This document shows, one piece after another, positions 29,075 through 39,433 of a DNA stretch of 64,000 bases. The DNA is from Nannocystis bainbridge (lineage in GTDB: Bacteria > Myxococcota_A > Polyangia > Nannocystales > Nannocystaceae), in NCBI RefSeq assembly GCF_028368995.1, contig NZ_JAQNDL010000001.1, positions 2,624,001 to 2,688,000 of the forward strand, given 5' to 3'. Within the stretch, counting starts at the first letter, position 1, and the number at the start of each line of letters is the position of its first letter. The notes under the pieces are model-generated. The model had not been told where the DNA came from. It was given only the letters and a program-made list of their open reading frames with translations, and ran no database searches. The position numbers were made by a program, and so were the translations under genes.

Positions 29075-29875
29075 TTACTCGCAGAAGAAGAAGCCGGCGT
29101 AGATGTCGCCGTCGCAGAACAGCGCGCCGCCGAGGTTACAAGCCGCCTGGCAGTGGGCCATCAGGCCGGCCTGGCAGGCCGCCATCTCGTGAAGGCTGCA
29201 GTCCTCGCCGAGCTCGACGATGCACGCCGCCTCGACCGCCACCGGCGAGCACTTGGCGAGGCACTCGAGGCCCAGGTCGACCGCGCACTCCACGTTGGCC
29301 CCGAGGTTCACGTCGAGGCAGATGTCGAGGTCGAGGTCGACGTCCGCATCGAGGTCGACGTCGAAGCAGGCGTCGAGCAGCCCGTCGAGGTCGATGTCGA
29401 TGTCGATGCCGAGGTCGATGTCGATGCCGAGGTCGTCGCCGCAGCCCGCCGACCCGAGGAACACGCCGTCGCAGAACAGCGCGCCGTCAGCCTCGATCTC
29501 CGCCTCGCAGTGGGCCGTCACGTCGGCCACGCAGTCGAGGAACGCGTCGAGGCCACAATCGACGCCGAGCTCGGCGATGCACGCGGCTTCGACGCTGAGC
29601 GGATTGCAGTAAAGCTCGGCCTCGAGGTCCTTGACGATCGCGCAATCAGCTCCGAGACCGACCTCGATGTCGAAGCACTTGCCGAGGTCGAGGTCGATGT
29701 CGCCGTCGAGGTCGATGTCGATGTCGAGGTCGAGCCCCAATCCTCCCCAGCCCGGGAAGCCGCCGCCACAGCCGTTCTCGCAGCCGTGGGCGTCGGCAGA
29801 GGGGGTCGTGACGACGATCCCGGCGGTGGTGGCGAACGCGGCGGCGACGAAGATGGAAGAGATGATGCGGGTCAT
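29075..29875 (-). CDS. Secreted Cys/Asp-rich repeat protein
   Basis: SD GGAAGG; signal peptide ending ADA; (D-I/L)n tracts; duplicated VEAACI.ELG.DC...AHC....GALFCDG module. Confidence 0.8.
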   Translation of the reverse strand: MTRIISSIFVAAAFATTAGIVVTTPSADAHGCENGCGGGFPGWGGLGLDLDIDIDLDGDIDLDLGKCFDIEVGLGADCAIVKDLEAELYCNPLSVEAACIAELGVDCGLDAFLDCVADVTAHCEAEIEADGALFCDGVFLGSAGCGDDLGIDIDLGIDIDIDLDGLLDACFDVDLDADVDLDLDICLDVNLGANVECAVDLGLECLAKCSPVAVEAACIVELGEDCSLHEMAACQAGLMAHCQAACNLGGALFCDGDIYAGFFFCE

Positions 29876-30690
29876 GGTGAGCCTTCCTTCCGGTGTCGGA
29901 AAGTGTGTAGATCGCTGGTAGATGGGGGTCTACGCGGCGAGGAGACCATCGAGTCGCCGCGGAGGATCCCGGCAGGCGACATTGACGAGGCAACCATGGG
30001 GCGCACGTCGATCGGGGCAAGCAAAAAATCGTGGGTGGACGATGCGCCCCGGGGTCCAATGGCCGCGTGGTCGGTTCGCTACACCGCCGTCAGAGCCGCT
30101 GCAGAGGCTCTTTCGGCCAAATTGATAGATCCGAGTGCAACGCGACAAAGGCCGGGCCGAGCCCGGTCTCAGGCCGGCGGGTTGCGGAAGCCGCGCTGCG
30201 AATTCCAGCGTTTGGGCGGCAATTGCTGGCGAATTGGCACGATAGCAGTCCGCGCGAACGACCAATTCATTGCCAGCACCTGCAAACTGTAGGCAACGGT
30301 AGCCACGTGGCCGGCGCCGTCCATCGCCGATTCGGCGCCATGCCACGCACGAGTCCGCCAGTGTGATGATTCCGGGCTCATCCAGCCGAATCGCGGTATG
30401 CCGCCGCTTCACGACCGATTCGGCCGATGAGCCCGGCCCCGCTCCGCCTTGCATATCCGAGGATTGATCAGGGGCCACCCGAGCGAGGGTGAGGACAATT
30501 CATTGGCCCGATCGCGGGACACTCCCGACATTTGGCCTCGACGGCCGCGCTCGCCGATAAACCACGTTCACACGGGCGTAGCAGCGCCTGGAACACGTTT
30601 CTATCGACGATGACGTCTCCCCGGCGCAGCGGCTCGGCCCGGTGCTGTCAAATGCAGGTGCTACGATATGTCTCTTCCGACATATGGTTA

Positions 30691-33315
30691 TTATCGCGGG
30701 GCTCGCAGCACGTACTCCCGCTCGAGCGTCTTGCCGCGGCGCTCGATCGTCAGCGTCAGCCGCCCGCGGGACAGCACCGCGTCGGTGTCCCACAGGAAGT
30801 CCTGGCCCACCGGCACGCCGTCGACGGCGACGATCTGGTCGCGGGTGCGGAGATCGAGCCGGCGCATCACGTCGCTGCCGTACGCGCCTCCGACCCGGAA
30901 CCCGACCAGCTCACCGTCCTTGCCGTCCGGCCTGAACCATCCGCCCTCGAGCAGCGCCTCCGGATCGATGTCCCCGGCGACGATGGCAGGATCGATCTCG
31001 CAGCGGCTGTGGTCGTAGGTGCAGCGCACCCCCTCGGCGAGCTCCGGCGTGTTCGCGACGACGGTGCCGGCCGAGAAGTCGAGGTACCCGCGCTCGCCCG
31101 GGCTGCGGCGGTCGGGCTCGTCGGCGCTCGCGGTCCGCAGCGCCTGCGCGCCGGCCACGTCGCCGACGTACTCGAGCAGCGCCGCCTGCTGTTCACGCAG
31201 CCACCCGCGCCGCGCCGCGTCGGTCTCGCCGCGCAGCGCGCTCGTGAACTCGTGGAGCGCCACGCGCACCGGCTCGCACGCGGACCGCGTGTCCTCGACC
31301 GAGGCGCAGCCGCCCGCGGGCACCACGTGGCGCACGTGCGCCGCCGCGACGATCGCCAGGTCGGCGGCCAGGCGGCGCCGCAGTCGGTGCTCCGCCGGCA
31401 GCTTGGCCAGCGCCGCGCGCAGGCCGTCCCACGCCGCCAGCCGTGCGTGGTCGCTGTGCGGCCCGGCCTCGAGCAGCTCGGCCTCGGCGGCCCACGCCCG
31501 CGCCGCGACATCGGCGAACCCGGCCGTCGCGCTCGCCTCCGCGACCGTGCGCAACGCCTTGAGGGCGCGCGTGCGCGGCGGCGGCTTGCGCTCGAGATGA
31601 ACGATGCGCTCGCCCGAGCGCGGATCGTTGTACGTGAACTTGTTCGGCTCGTCCGACGGATCGTGAAATTGGAGGACGCCGACAGCGAGGTCGATCTCGG
31701 CGTTGACGCGCGCGTCACCCAGCAACATCGCCGACGCCAGCGCTTCCATGTTCTTGCCCATCTCCGGCTGCCGCGCCGCCGCCAAAGCCCGCGGCGCGTA
31801 ACCGGCGGCCAACAGCAAGCGCGCGCGCCAGCCCGCGCGCCGGGTCGCCGCGAAGCCCTGGCTGGTGAGCGTGTTGTAGAGCGACGGCTCCGCGCAGTCG
31901 GCGAGGTCGGGCAAGAACTCCGCCGCGTGTCCGACCAGCGCCGCGCTCTCGCGGGCCCCCTCCGCCACCACCGTCGCAAGATCGTCGAGCGCGCCGAGGC
32001 GGTCTTCGAGGCACGTGTTGGTCCAGTTGTAGGCGTCCTTGGTCGCCGACGGCGTCGCCGACACCTCGCGCCAGCGCGCCGCGTAGGCGTCGAGCGCCGT
32101 CACCAGGATGTCGACCTCCACCCGTACCTGCGGCAGCGCCGCCCGCAGCGTCCGCTCCCGCTCCCCGTTCCACACCTCGTCGATGCTCTTGCCCGGCCGC
32201 TCGTCGAGCTCGAAGGTCACCGTCTCCGGCAAGACCGCCGCCGCCGGCGTCGGCGGGTCGCCGGCGAAATACTGATATGCCCCGAAGGACATGGCCGCAG
32301 AGACAGCCACGCCGGCGACCGCCAGCCCCGGCCGCCACACCCGTCGCCCGGCGGCCCGGGTCAGCGCAGCCAGCAGCGCTTCCATCGATCCGAACCGGGC
32401 CTCCGGATCGGTCTGCAGCCCGCGCTCCAGCACCGCCTGCAGCGCCCGCGGCAGCGGCCGCGTCGGCTTGACCATCGCCTTGCGCTCGAACGCCTCGCAC
32501 AGCTGGGCCACGTTGTCGCCGCGGAACGGCCGGTGCCCGTGCAACGCCTCGAACAACACCACGCAGAACGCGAACTGATCGCTGCGCGCGCTGGCCTGAC
32601 GGCCCTGCAGCTGCTCCGGGGCCATGTACGCCGGCGTCCCGAGCACCGCGCCGGTGCGTGTCATCGGCTCGGCCAGGGCCGCCGCGTGGTCCTCGGTGGT
32701 CTGCTCGGCCTCGGCGATCGCGTCCTCGCCGAGCCGGGCCAGGCCGAAGTCGGAGATACGGATCCGCCCGCCGCCGACGAGCACGTTGGCCGGCTTGAAG
32801 TCGCGGTGCACCAGCCCCGCCGCGTGCGCCGCCGCCAGCCCGCGCCCGGCCTGCAGCAAGACCTCGACGATCTCCTGCCAGCGCCGCGGCCCGGCCCTGA
32901 GCCAGTCGCCGAGGGTCCCGCCGCCCTCGTACTCCATCGCGATCCACACCTGCTCCGCGTGCACCCCGGCGTCGAACACCGCGAGCACGTTCGGGTGCTG
33001 CAGCCGCGCCATCGCCTGCGCCTCGCGCAGCAGTCGCTGCTGCCCCCGCGGCCCGAGCTGGCCCGGGTGCAGCAGCTTGAGCGCGACCGTGCGGTCGAGC
33101 TGCGGGTCGCGGGCCGCGTACACCACCCCCATCCCGCCGGCGCCGACCACCCGCAGCACTTGGAACCGGGCGATCGTGCTCGGCTCGTGCGGCTCGTCGA
33201 ACAGCGCCGCCGCGACCTGCCGGCGGATCTGCTCGAGCGGGCGCAGTGGTTCGTGGTCGGGCGCGTGCAACGTGTCGGAGCTCGGGGTCAAATCTTCGAA
33301 GGCGACGGCGGTCAT
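30691..33315 (-). CDS. Ser/Thr protein kinase with TM and C-terminal GspC-type PDZ-like domain
   Basis: VGAGGMGVVY, HRDFKPANV, DFG, GTPAYMAPE; C-terminal GFRV..GS....L.LRT.DQIVAVDG...LTIERRG. Confidence 0.9.
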   Translation of the reverse strand: MTAVAFEDLTPSSDTLHAPDHEPLRPLEQIRRQVAAALFDEPHEPSTIARFQVLRVVGAGGMGVVYAARDPQLDRTVALKLLHPGQLGPRGQQRLLREAQAMARLQHPNVLAVFDAGVHAEQVWIAMEYEGGGTLGDWLRAGPRRWQEIVEVLLQAGRGLAAAHAAGLVHRDFKPANVLVGGGRIRISDFGLARLGEDAIAEAEQTTEDHAAALAEPMTRTGAVLGTPAYMAPEQLQGRQASARSDQFAFCVVLFEALHGHRPFRGDNVAQLCEAFERKAMVKPTRPLPRALQAVLERGLQTDPEARFGSMEALLAALTRAAGRRVWRPGLAVAGVAVSAAMSFGAYQYFAGDPPTPAAAVLPETVTFELDERPGKSIDEVWNGERERTLRAALPQVRVEVDILVTALDAYAARWREVSATPSATKDAYNWTNTCLEDRLGALDDLATVVAEGARESAALVGHAAEFLPDLADCAEPSLYNTLTSQGFAATRRAGWRARLLLAAGYAPRALAAARQPEMGKNMEALASAMLLGDARVNAEIDLAVGVLQFHDPSDEPNKFTYNDPRSGERIVHLERKPPPRTRALKALRTVAEASATAGFADVAARAWAAEAELLEAGPHSDHARLAAWDGLRAALAKLPAEHRLRRRLAADLAIVAAAHVRHVVPAGGCASVEDTRSACEPVRVALHEFTSALRGETDAARRGWLREQQAALLEYVGDVAGAQALRTASADEPDRRSPGERGYLDFSAGTVVANTPELAEGVRCTYDHSRCEIDPAIVAGDIDPEALLEGGWFRPDGKDGELVGFRVGGAYGSDVMRRLDLRTRDQIVAVDGVPVGQDFLWDTDAVLSRGRLTLTIERRGKTLEREYVLRAPR

Positions 33316-33414
33316 GGGAGGCTCTCTCCCGCGACGTTCCTCGAGCATGCCGCTCGATCACGACCGCGGACGATTTTTTTCACCGCCCGCGGCCGACCCG
33401 ACTACCATTCCCCC

Positions 33415-34026
33415 GTGGAGACCGACGAGGCGCTGGTGGCCGCGTGGCGCGGCGGGGACAAGCGGGCCGGCAGCCGGCTGTTCGCCCGCCACTTCGAGCC
33501 GATCGCCCGCTTCTTCTACAGCAAGGTCCAGACCGGCGTGGAGGACCTCGTGCAGCGCACCTTCCTCGCCCTCGTCGAGCGCAGCGACAGGCTGCCCGAG
33601 GGCGTGCCGGTCCGCGCCTACTTGTTCGGGATCGCGCGCCACCTGCTGCTCCGCCGCTTCCGCGACCAGTACCGCGACGGCATCTTCGACGGCGACACCG
33701 TCTCGGTCGCCGACCTCGGCGAGTCGCCCAGCGCGCTGATCGACCGCCGCGAGCACCTGCAGCTCCTCTACCAGGCCCTGCGCGCGCTGCCGCTCGAGCT
33801 GCAGATCGTCGTCGAGCTGTTCTACTGGGAGGGCTTCACCGCCCCGGCCATCGCCGCCGCGCTGGAGCTGCCCGAGGGCACCGTGCGCAGCCGCCTCCGC
33901 CGCGCCCGCGAGCTGCTCGGCGACCGCATCGCCGCCCTCGCCCCCGCCCCCGAGCTGGCCGCCGCGACCATGAACGACCTCGAGCGCTGGGCCCGCGAGC
34001 TGCGCGACCAGCTCGGCAAAGGTTGA
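33415..34026 (+). CDS. ECF RNA polymerase sigma factor
   Basis: DEALVAAWRGGD, EDLVQRTF, RAYLFGIAR, LELPEGTVRSRLRRAR; GTG 6 nt after TACCAT; divergent from the kinase. Confidence 0.92.
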   Translation: METDEALVAAWRGGDKRAGSRLFARHFEPIARFFYSKVQTGVEDLVQRTFLALVERSDRLPEGVPVRAYLFGIARHLLLRRFRDQYRDGIFDGDTVSVADLGESPSALIDRREHLQLLYQALRALPLELQIVVELFYWEGFTAPAIAAALELPEGTVRSRLRRARELLGDRIAALAPAPELAAATMNDLERWARELRDQLGKG

Positions 34027-34029
34027 GCC

Positions 34030-34099
34030 TGTCCCTCGGAGCATGCCCTCCAGGACATGCCCCGGAGAGCATGTCCGCCAGGGCATGTCCCCGCGGCCA
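34030..34099. repeat. Five-unit 14-bp phased array
   Basis: TGTCCCTCGGAGCA / TGCCCTCCAGGACA / TGCCCCGGAGAGCA / TGTCCGCCAGGGCA / TGTCCCCGCGGCCA fills almost the whole convergent gap. Confidence 0.9.
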
Positions 34100-34102
34100 G
34101 CC

Positions 34103-37100
34103 TCACTCCTCGCGCGAGGTCTCGCGCCGGCGCGAGGCCGCCGCGATCAGGCGGAAGAACAGCGGCGTGGCGAAGATCGCCAGCACCGTCGCCGCCAGCA
34201 TCCCGCCGAGCACGCCGGTGCCGATCGCCCGCTGGCTGTTCGAGCTGGCCCCGGTGGCGATCGCCAGCGGGACCACGCCGAGGATGAACGCCAGCGAGGT
34301 CATCACGATCGGGCGGAAGCGCAGGCGGCACGCCTCGATCGCCGCGGCCTGGACCGAGCGGCCCTCGGCGACCAGCTCCTTGGCGACCTCGATGATGAGG
34401 ATCGCGTTCTTGGCGGTCAGGCCGATGATCGTGATGAGGCCGACCTTGAAGTAGACGTCGTTGGGCAGCTCGCGCCACAGGATGGCGAGCACCGAGCCGA
34501 GCACGCCGGTGGGGATGACGAGCAGGACGGCGAGCGGGATCGACCAGCTCTCGTAGAGCGCGGCGAGGCACAGGAACACGCACACGAGCGACAGCGCGAG
34601 CAAGTAGACCGCCTGGCTGCCCGACAGCTTCTCCTGCAGCGACTGCCCGGTCCACGCGTAGTCGAAGCCCGCCGGCAGCTGGCCGGCGAGGCGCTCCATC
34701 TCCGCCATCGCGTCGCCGCTGGCGCGCCCCGGCGCCGCGCTGCCGCTGAACTTGATGCTCTGGTAGCCGTTGAAGCTGACCACCTGCGACGGCCCCATCG
34801 TCCACGCCACCTCGGCGAACGCCCGCATCGGCACCATCTTGCCCTCGGCGTTGCGCACGAACAGCTCGAGCAGGTCCTCGGAATTCATCCGCCGGGCCGC
34901 GTCGGCCTGCACGATCACCCGCTGCATCCGCGCCTGGTTGGGGAAGTCGTTGACGTACGCCGAGCCCAGGCTGGTCGACAGCGTGTGGTTGATCGCCGCG
35001 AACCCGACCCCGAGCGCGCTGGCCTTGTCGCGGTCGATCCGCAGCTCGATCTGCGGCGCCGTCGGCAGGCCCTCGACGTACACGTTCGCCAGCACCGGGC
35101 TCTGCGAAGCGGCCGCCAACAGTTGGTCGCGCGCCGCCGCCAGGGCCGCGTAGCCCCGCTGCGCCTTGTCCTGCAGGCGAAAGCTGAACCCGCTCGAATT
35201 GCCGAGCGACTCGATCGCAGGCGGCGCGAGGGCGAACGCCATCGCGTCCGGCAGGCCGCCGAGCGCGGCGTTGGCCCGCCCGCCCACGGCCTCGGCGGAG
35301 TCCTCGGGCCCGCGCGCCGCCCAGTCGTCGAGCATGACGAACGCGAGCGCGGCGTTCTGCCCCTGCCCCGAGAACCCGAACCCGGCGATCGTCGAGGTGC
35401 TGGCCACCGCCGGCTCGCTGGCGAAGTACGCCTCGATGCGCTCGATGACGTCCAGCGTGCGCCCCTGCGACGCCTCGGGCGGGGTCTGCACGTCGATGAT
35501 CAGGTAGCCCTGATCCTCGGTCGGCAGGAAGCTCGACGGCAACCGCTGATAGCACCACGCCAGCGCGCCGAGCAGCGCGACATAGACCACGAGGAACCGC
35601 GCCGGCCGGCGCACCACCCCGCCGACGCCGGCGCGGTAGCCGTTCGTCAGCGCCTCGAAGCCGCGGTTGAACCACGCGAACGGCCCGCGCCGCGCTCGCC
35701 CGTGGCCCGCCTTGGCCGGCCGCAGCAAGGTGCCGCACAGCGCCGGCGTCAGCGACAGCGCCAGGAACGCCGAGAACGCGATCGAAGTCGCCATCGACAC
35801 CGCGAACTGACGATAGATGACGCCGACCGAGCCGGGGAAGAACGCCATCGGCAGGAACACCGCGACCAGCACCACCGTGATGCCGACGATCGCCCCGGTG
35901 ATCTGGCCCATCGCCTTGCGCGTCGCCTCGCGCGGCGGAAGCCCCTCCTCGGCCATGATGCGCTCGACGTTCTCGACCACCACGATCGCGTCGTCGACGA
36001 GGATGCCGATCGCCAGCACCATGCCGAACATGGTCAGCACGTTGATCGAGAACCCGGCCAGCAGCAGCGCCGCGCAGGTCCCGAGCAGCGCCACCGGCAC
36101 CACGATCGCGGGGATCACGGTGTAGCGGAGGTCCTGCAGGAACAGGAACATCACCGCGAACACCAGGCCCATCGCCTCGAGCAGGGTGACGACGACCTGG
36201 CGGATCGAGACCTCGACGAACGGCGTGGTGTCGTAGGGCACCGAGATCTCGACGTTGGCCGGCATCGTGCGCGTCAGCTCGGCGATCTTCGCGTGCACGC
36301 CGGTGGCCGTGGCCAGCGCGTTGCCGCCGGGCGCCAGCTGGATGCCGATGCCCGCCGCCGGCTTGCCGTCGAGGCGCGACTGCATGAAGTAGCTCTGGCC
36401 GCCGAGCTCGACGTCGGCGACGTCGCGCAGGCGCACGAACGAGCCGTCGAGGTTGGCGCGCAGGACGATCTGCTCGAACTCCTGCACGGTCCCGAGCTGG
36501 CCCTTCACCACCACGTTGGCGGCGATCCGCTGGCCCTCGACGGCCGGCGGCGCGCCGACGATGCCGGACGCGATCTGAGCGTTCTGGGCCTCGATCGCGC
36601 TGGTGACGTCGGCGGCGGTGAGGCCGAGGCCGACCAGGCGCGACGGATCGATCCACACCCGCAGCGCCTTCTCGGTCGAGAACAGCTGCGCGCGACCCAC
36701 GCCCGGCACGCGCCGCAGCTCGCCGACGATCCGCCGCGCCGCCAGGTCACCGAGCTCGATCTCCGACAGGCTGCCGTCGGTCGCTCGCACCGTGACAAAC
36801 TGCATGATCGCGGTGGTCGCCTCCTCGATCTGCAGGCCCTGCTGCGCCACCACCCGGGGCAGCCGCGCCTCGACCCGCTTGAGCCGGTTCTGCACCGCTA
36901 CCGTCGCCTTGGCCGGGTCATAGCCGGGCGCGAACGAGATCATGATCTGCGTCGTCCCCGAGGCGTCGCTGGTCGACTCGAAGTACATCACCCCGGGGAT
37001 GCCGTTGAGCTCCTCCTCGAGGATGCGCGTGACGCCCTCGAACAGCCGCTCGGCGGGCGCGCCCGGATAATTCGCGGTCACCGAGACCGTCACCGGCGCG

Positions 37101-37213
37101 ACGCTCGGGTACTGCGAGATCGGCAGGTACGTCAGCGAGATCGCCCCCGCCAGCATGATGAACAGCGAGATGGCCCAGGCGAAGATCGGGCGGTCGATGA
37201 AGAAGGAGATCAT
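34103..37213 (-). CDS. HAE1 RND efflux permease (AcrB/MexB family)
   Basis: FFIDRPIFAW, YPSVAP, AIGILVDDAIVVVENVER, LAALYESW, GLTAKNAILI, RFRPIVMTS. Confidence 0.96.
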   Translation of the reverse strand: MISFFIDRPIFAWAISLFIMLAGAISLTYLPISQYPSVAPVTVSVTANYPGAPAERLFEGVTRILEEELNGIPGVMYFESTSDASGTTQIMISFAPGYDPAKATVAVQNRLKRVEARLPRVVAQQGLQIEEATTAIMQFVTVRATDGSLSEIELGDLAARRIVGELRRVPGVGRAQLFSTEKALRVWIDPSRLVGLGLTAADVTSAIEAQNAQIASGIVGAPPAVEGQRIAANVVVKGQLGTVQEFEQIVLRANLDGSFVRLRDVADVELGGQSYFMQSRLDGKPAAGIGIQLAPGGNALATATGVHAKIAELTRTMPANVEISVPYDTTPFVEVSIRQVVVTLLEAMGLVFAVMFLFLQDLRYTVIPAIVVPVALLGTCAALLLAGFSINVLTMFGMVLAIGILVDDAIVVVENVERIMAEEGLPPREATRKAMGQITGAIVGITVVLVAVFLPMAFFPGSVGVIYRQFAVSMATSIAFSAFLALSLTPALCGTLLRPAKAGHGRARRGPFAWFNRGFEALTNGYRAGVGGVVRRPARFLVVYVALLGALAWCYQRLPSSFLPTEDQGYLIIDVQTPPEASQGRTLDVIERIEAYFASEPAVASTSTIAGFGFSGQGQNAALAFVMLDDWAARGPEDSAEAVGGRANAALGGLPDAMAFALAPPAIESLGNSSGFSFRLQDKAQRGYAALAAARDQLLAAASQSPVLANVYVEGLPTAPQIELRIDRDKASALGVGFAAINHTLSTSLGSAYVNDFPNQARMQRVIVQADAARRMNSEDLLELFVRNAEGKMVPMRAFAEVAWTMGPSQVVSFNGYQSIKFSGSAAPGRASGDAMAEMERLAGQLPAGFDYAWTGQSLQEKLSGSQAVYLLALSLVCVFLCLAALYESWSIPLAVLLVIPTGVLGSVLAILWRELPNDVYFKVGLITIIGLTAKNAILIIEVAKELVAEGRSVQAAAIEACRLRFRPIVMTSLAFILGVVPLAIATGASSNSQRAIGTGVLGGMLAATVLAIFATPLFFRLIAAASRRRETSREE

Positions 37214-37240
37214 GCCAATGCCCTCGAGCGAACGATGCGT

Positions 37241-38419
37241 TCAGCGCTGCGCGGTGGTCGGCGCTGCCTTCGACTCAGTCGTCGGCGGCGCTGCCTTCGT
37301 CTCAGTCGTCGGTGCGACCCATGGCACCGCCCTCGCGCTGCCGCCGGGGTGGATCTTCTGGAACCCCTCGACGACCAGCTGCTCGCCTGGCGCCAGCCCG
37401 TCCTCGACGATCCAGCCGTGCTCGGTCAGCGGCCCGGTGCGCAGTGGTTTGAGCGCGACCTTGCCGGCGTCGTCGACCACGAACGCCTGCGCCTCGCCGG
37501 CGCTGCTGCGCTGGATCGCCTGTGGCGGGACCACCACCGCCTCGGTGTCGCGCCCGCGAGCCAGGCGCACGCGCACGTACGTGCCCGGCAGCAGCGCCCC
37601 GTCCGGGTTGGGGAACGTCGCCCGCATCGTCACCTGCGCGGTGCCCGGGTCGACGTTGACGTCGGTGAACAGCAGCCTTCCGACATCCGGATGGCGGCTG
37701 CCGTCGGCGCGCAAGATCTCGACCTCGGCGCCCTCGCGGTCGCTCGCATCGAGCATGCCCGCCGGCTGCACGAAATCGACGTAGATCGGATCGATCTGCT
37801 GAATGGTCGCCAGGTGCGTCGCCGAGCCGTCGCCGACCAGCGCGCCCTCGGTCACCAGGGTGCGACCGATGCGTCCGCCGATCGGCGCGCGCACCGTCGC
37901 GTGGTCGAGGTCGATGCGGGCGCGGACCAGCCGGGCCTTGGCCGACGCGTAGTCGGCCTCGGCCTGCTTGAGCGCCGCGTCGGCGACGTCGTGCTGGGCC
38001 GTGCTCACCGTCTGCCGCTCGAGCAGCGTCAACTGGCGCTTCTCGTGCCGGCGCGCCTGCTCGAGCGTCGCCACCGCGCGCTCGAGCGCGGCCGACCGCT
38101 CGTCGCGGTCCGCCCGGTACACCGCGGGCTCGAGGCGGAACAGCACGTCACCCTGGCGCACGTCGCTGCCCTCCTCGAACACCCGCTCGAGCACGATGCC
38201 CGAGACGCGCGCCCGCACCTCGGCGACCCGCGACGCCACCAATCGTCCCGGCAGCTCGCGCACGCGAGGCACCGTGCGCGACGCGACGACGATCGTCGAC
38301 ACCTCGGGCGGCGGCGGCTCGCCCGCGGGAGCTACTTCGGCCGCCGCCGGCTCGCACGCGACGAACAGGACGAGCAGCGCCAAACACTGGACGAACGAGG
38401 AGAAGGAGCACGCTTGCAT
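37241..38419 (-). CDS. RND periplasmic adaptor (AcrA-like lipoprotein)
   Basis: Lipobox FVAC; AEVRARVSG, VRAPIGG, FPNPDGALLPG; start approximate. Confidence 0.93.
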   Translation of the reverse strand: MQACSFSSFVQCLALLVLFVACEPAAAEVAPAGEPPPPEVSTIVVASRTVPRVRELPGRLVASRVAEVRARVSGIVLERVFEEGSDVRQGDVLFRLEPAVYRADRDERSAALERAVATLEQARRHEKRQLTLLERQTVSTAQHDVADAALKQAEADYASAKARLVRARIDLDHATVRAPIGGRIGRTLVTEGALVGDGSATHLATIQQIDPIYVDFVQPAGMLDASDREGAEVEILRADGSRHPDVGRLLFTDVNVDPGTAQVTMRATFPNPDGALLPGTYVRVRLARGRDTEAVVVPPQAIQRSSAGEAQAFVVDDAGKVALKPLRTGPLTEHGWIVEDGLAPGEQLVVEGFQKIHPGGSARAVPWVAPTTETKAAPPTTESKAAPTTAQR

Positions 38420-38540
38420 GATGGGCACCGCTCGCGCCCGCGACCTCCGTCCGGACAATGTCCGGACAGCAGCGCGGCGCGCATTCGTAGGAGTCAGTCG
38501 GGGACGATCGCAGACGCGGTGACGCGGCGTCGGGACGTCG

Positions 38541-39101
38541 TCACCGCTTTCGGGTGAGTTCGATCATCTGGTGGATCAGGGCTGGGCGGTCGATCGGGGG
38601 CTCACCGTCCTGAGCCAGCAGATCTGCCAACCATACGCCGTCGGTCGCGTAGCGGACGAGTTGCAGCTCGGGGTCGCCGTCGGTGTCGTGGTGACGCACG
38701 AGGCGCGCCTTGTACCATTGACCCCAGGCCCGCCGCAGGTCCGGGTCGGTGACCGTCGACATCGAGAGCGCCGCGCACGGACACGGGCCGTTGAGGTCGC
38801 CGCGCACGGTGCTGCGGACATACGCCCGGGTGAAGCTCCCGTACGCGACGGGATCCTTCGCCATCGCCTCGTCGATCTCGGCGTCGAGGGTGCGCAGCTG
38901 CTCGGCGAACAGCGCCGCGGTCAGCTTCTGCTTGCTGGCGAAATGATGTAAGAGTCCGCCCTTCGTCACCCCCGCGGCGTCGGCGACGGCCTGCACGGTG
39001 AGGTTGGCGAGGCCCCGGTCGACCAGGATCTGGGCCGCGCACTCGAGCAGCTTCTGCCGCACGACATCGGGCTCCTTCTTGCGCTGGTTGGCGAGCGACA
39101 C
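38541..39101 (-). CDS. TetR family regulator of the RND pump
   Basis: LTVQAVADAAGVTKGGLLHHFASK; start placed at GTG 39101. Confidence 0.9.
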   Translation of the reverse strand: MSLANQRKKEPDVVRQKLLECAAQILVDRGLANLTVQAVADAAGVTKGGLLHHFASKQKLTAALFAEQLRTLDAEIDEAMAKDPVAYGSFTRAYVRSTVRGDLNGPCPCAALSMSTVTDPDLRRAWGQWYKARLVRHHDTDGDPELQLVRYATDGVWLADLLAQDGEPPIDRPALIHQMIELTRKR

Positions 39102-39113
39102 GGGCGGCGAAAC

Positions 39114-39131
39114 ATACCGGCTGGTCGGTAT
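39114..39131. promoter_or_regulatory. Probable TetR operator overlapping the -10
   Basis: Inverted repeat ATACCG-GCTGGT-CGGTAT overlapping minus-strand TATGTT just upstream of tetR. Confidence 0.65.
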
Positions 39132-39323
39132 CTTCGCAAGCAAAGACGCGCCCCGCGCGATGCGTTCGGTCGCAGTCAGACGCACAACAGGAGGCATGAT
39201 AACGCCGTTCCTGCCACCCGTGCCCACTCCCTGCTTGGTCCTCCTGCGGCCTTCGCGCCAGTCAAACGAGGCGTGACTTCGCCCCTCGGGGCCGAGGCCG
39301 GCAGCCGCGCGGGCACTCCGACA

Positions 39324-39410
39324 TGGCGCTCACGATATGTCCGCAAGCACATGTCCCTTCGCACAGCCATGGACCTGCCGCGGAGAGCTCGTCACATGTC
39401 TCTCGGGACA
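39324..39410. repeat. Degenerate 14-bp array plus a single unit
   Basis: TGTCCGCAAGCACA / TGTCCCTTCGCACA (39338-39365) and TGTCTCTCGGGACA (39397-39410), downstream of the kinase stop. Confidence 0.75.
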
Positions 39411-39433
39411 GTTCGAACGGCGCTACCACCCCG

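Noticed and set aside
29900-30690. ncRNA, sigma-54 promoter or mobile-element end in the lower-GC gap
   Set aside because: TGGCAC at about 30235 lacks a correctly spaced TTGC; no recognisable RNA family, terminal repeats or credible ORF.
30532-33414. 1164-aa ORF as a giant sigma-factor fusion
   Set aside because: The N-terminal part is antisense to the kinase; the sigma factor starts at GTG 33415.
34103-39101. RND operon lacking an outer-membrane factor gene
   Set aside because: A common arrangement; TolC-type partners are often encoded elsewhere.
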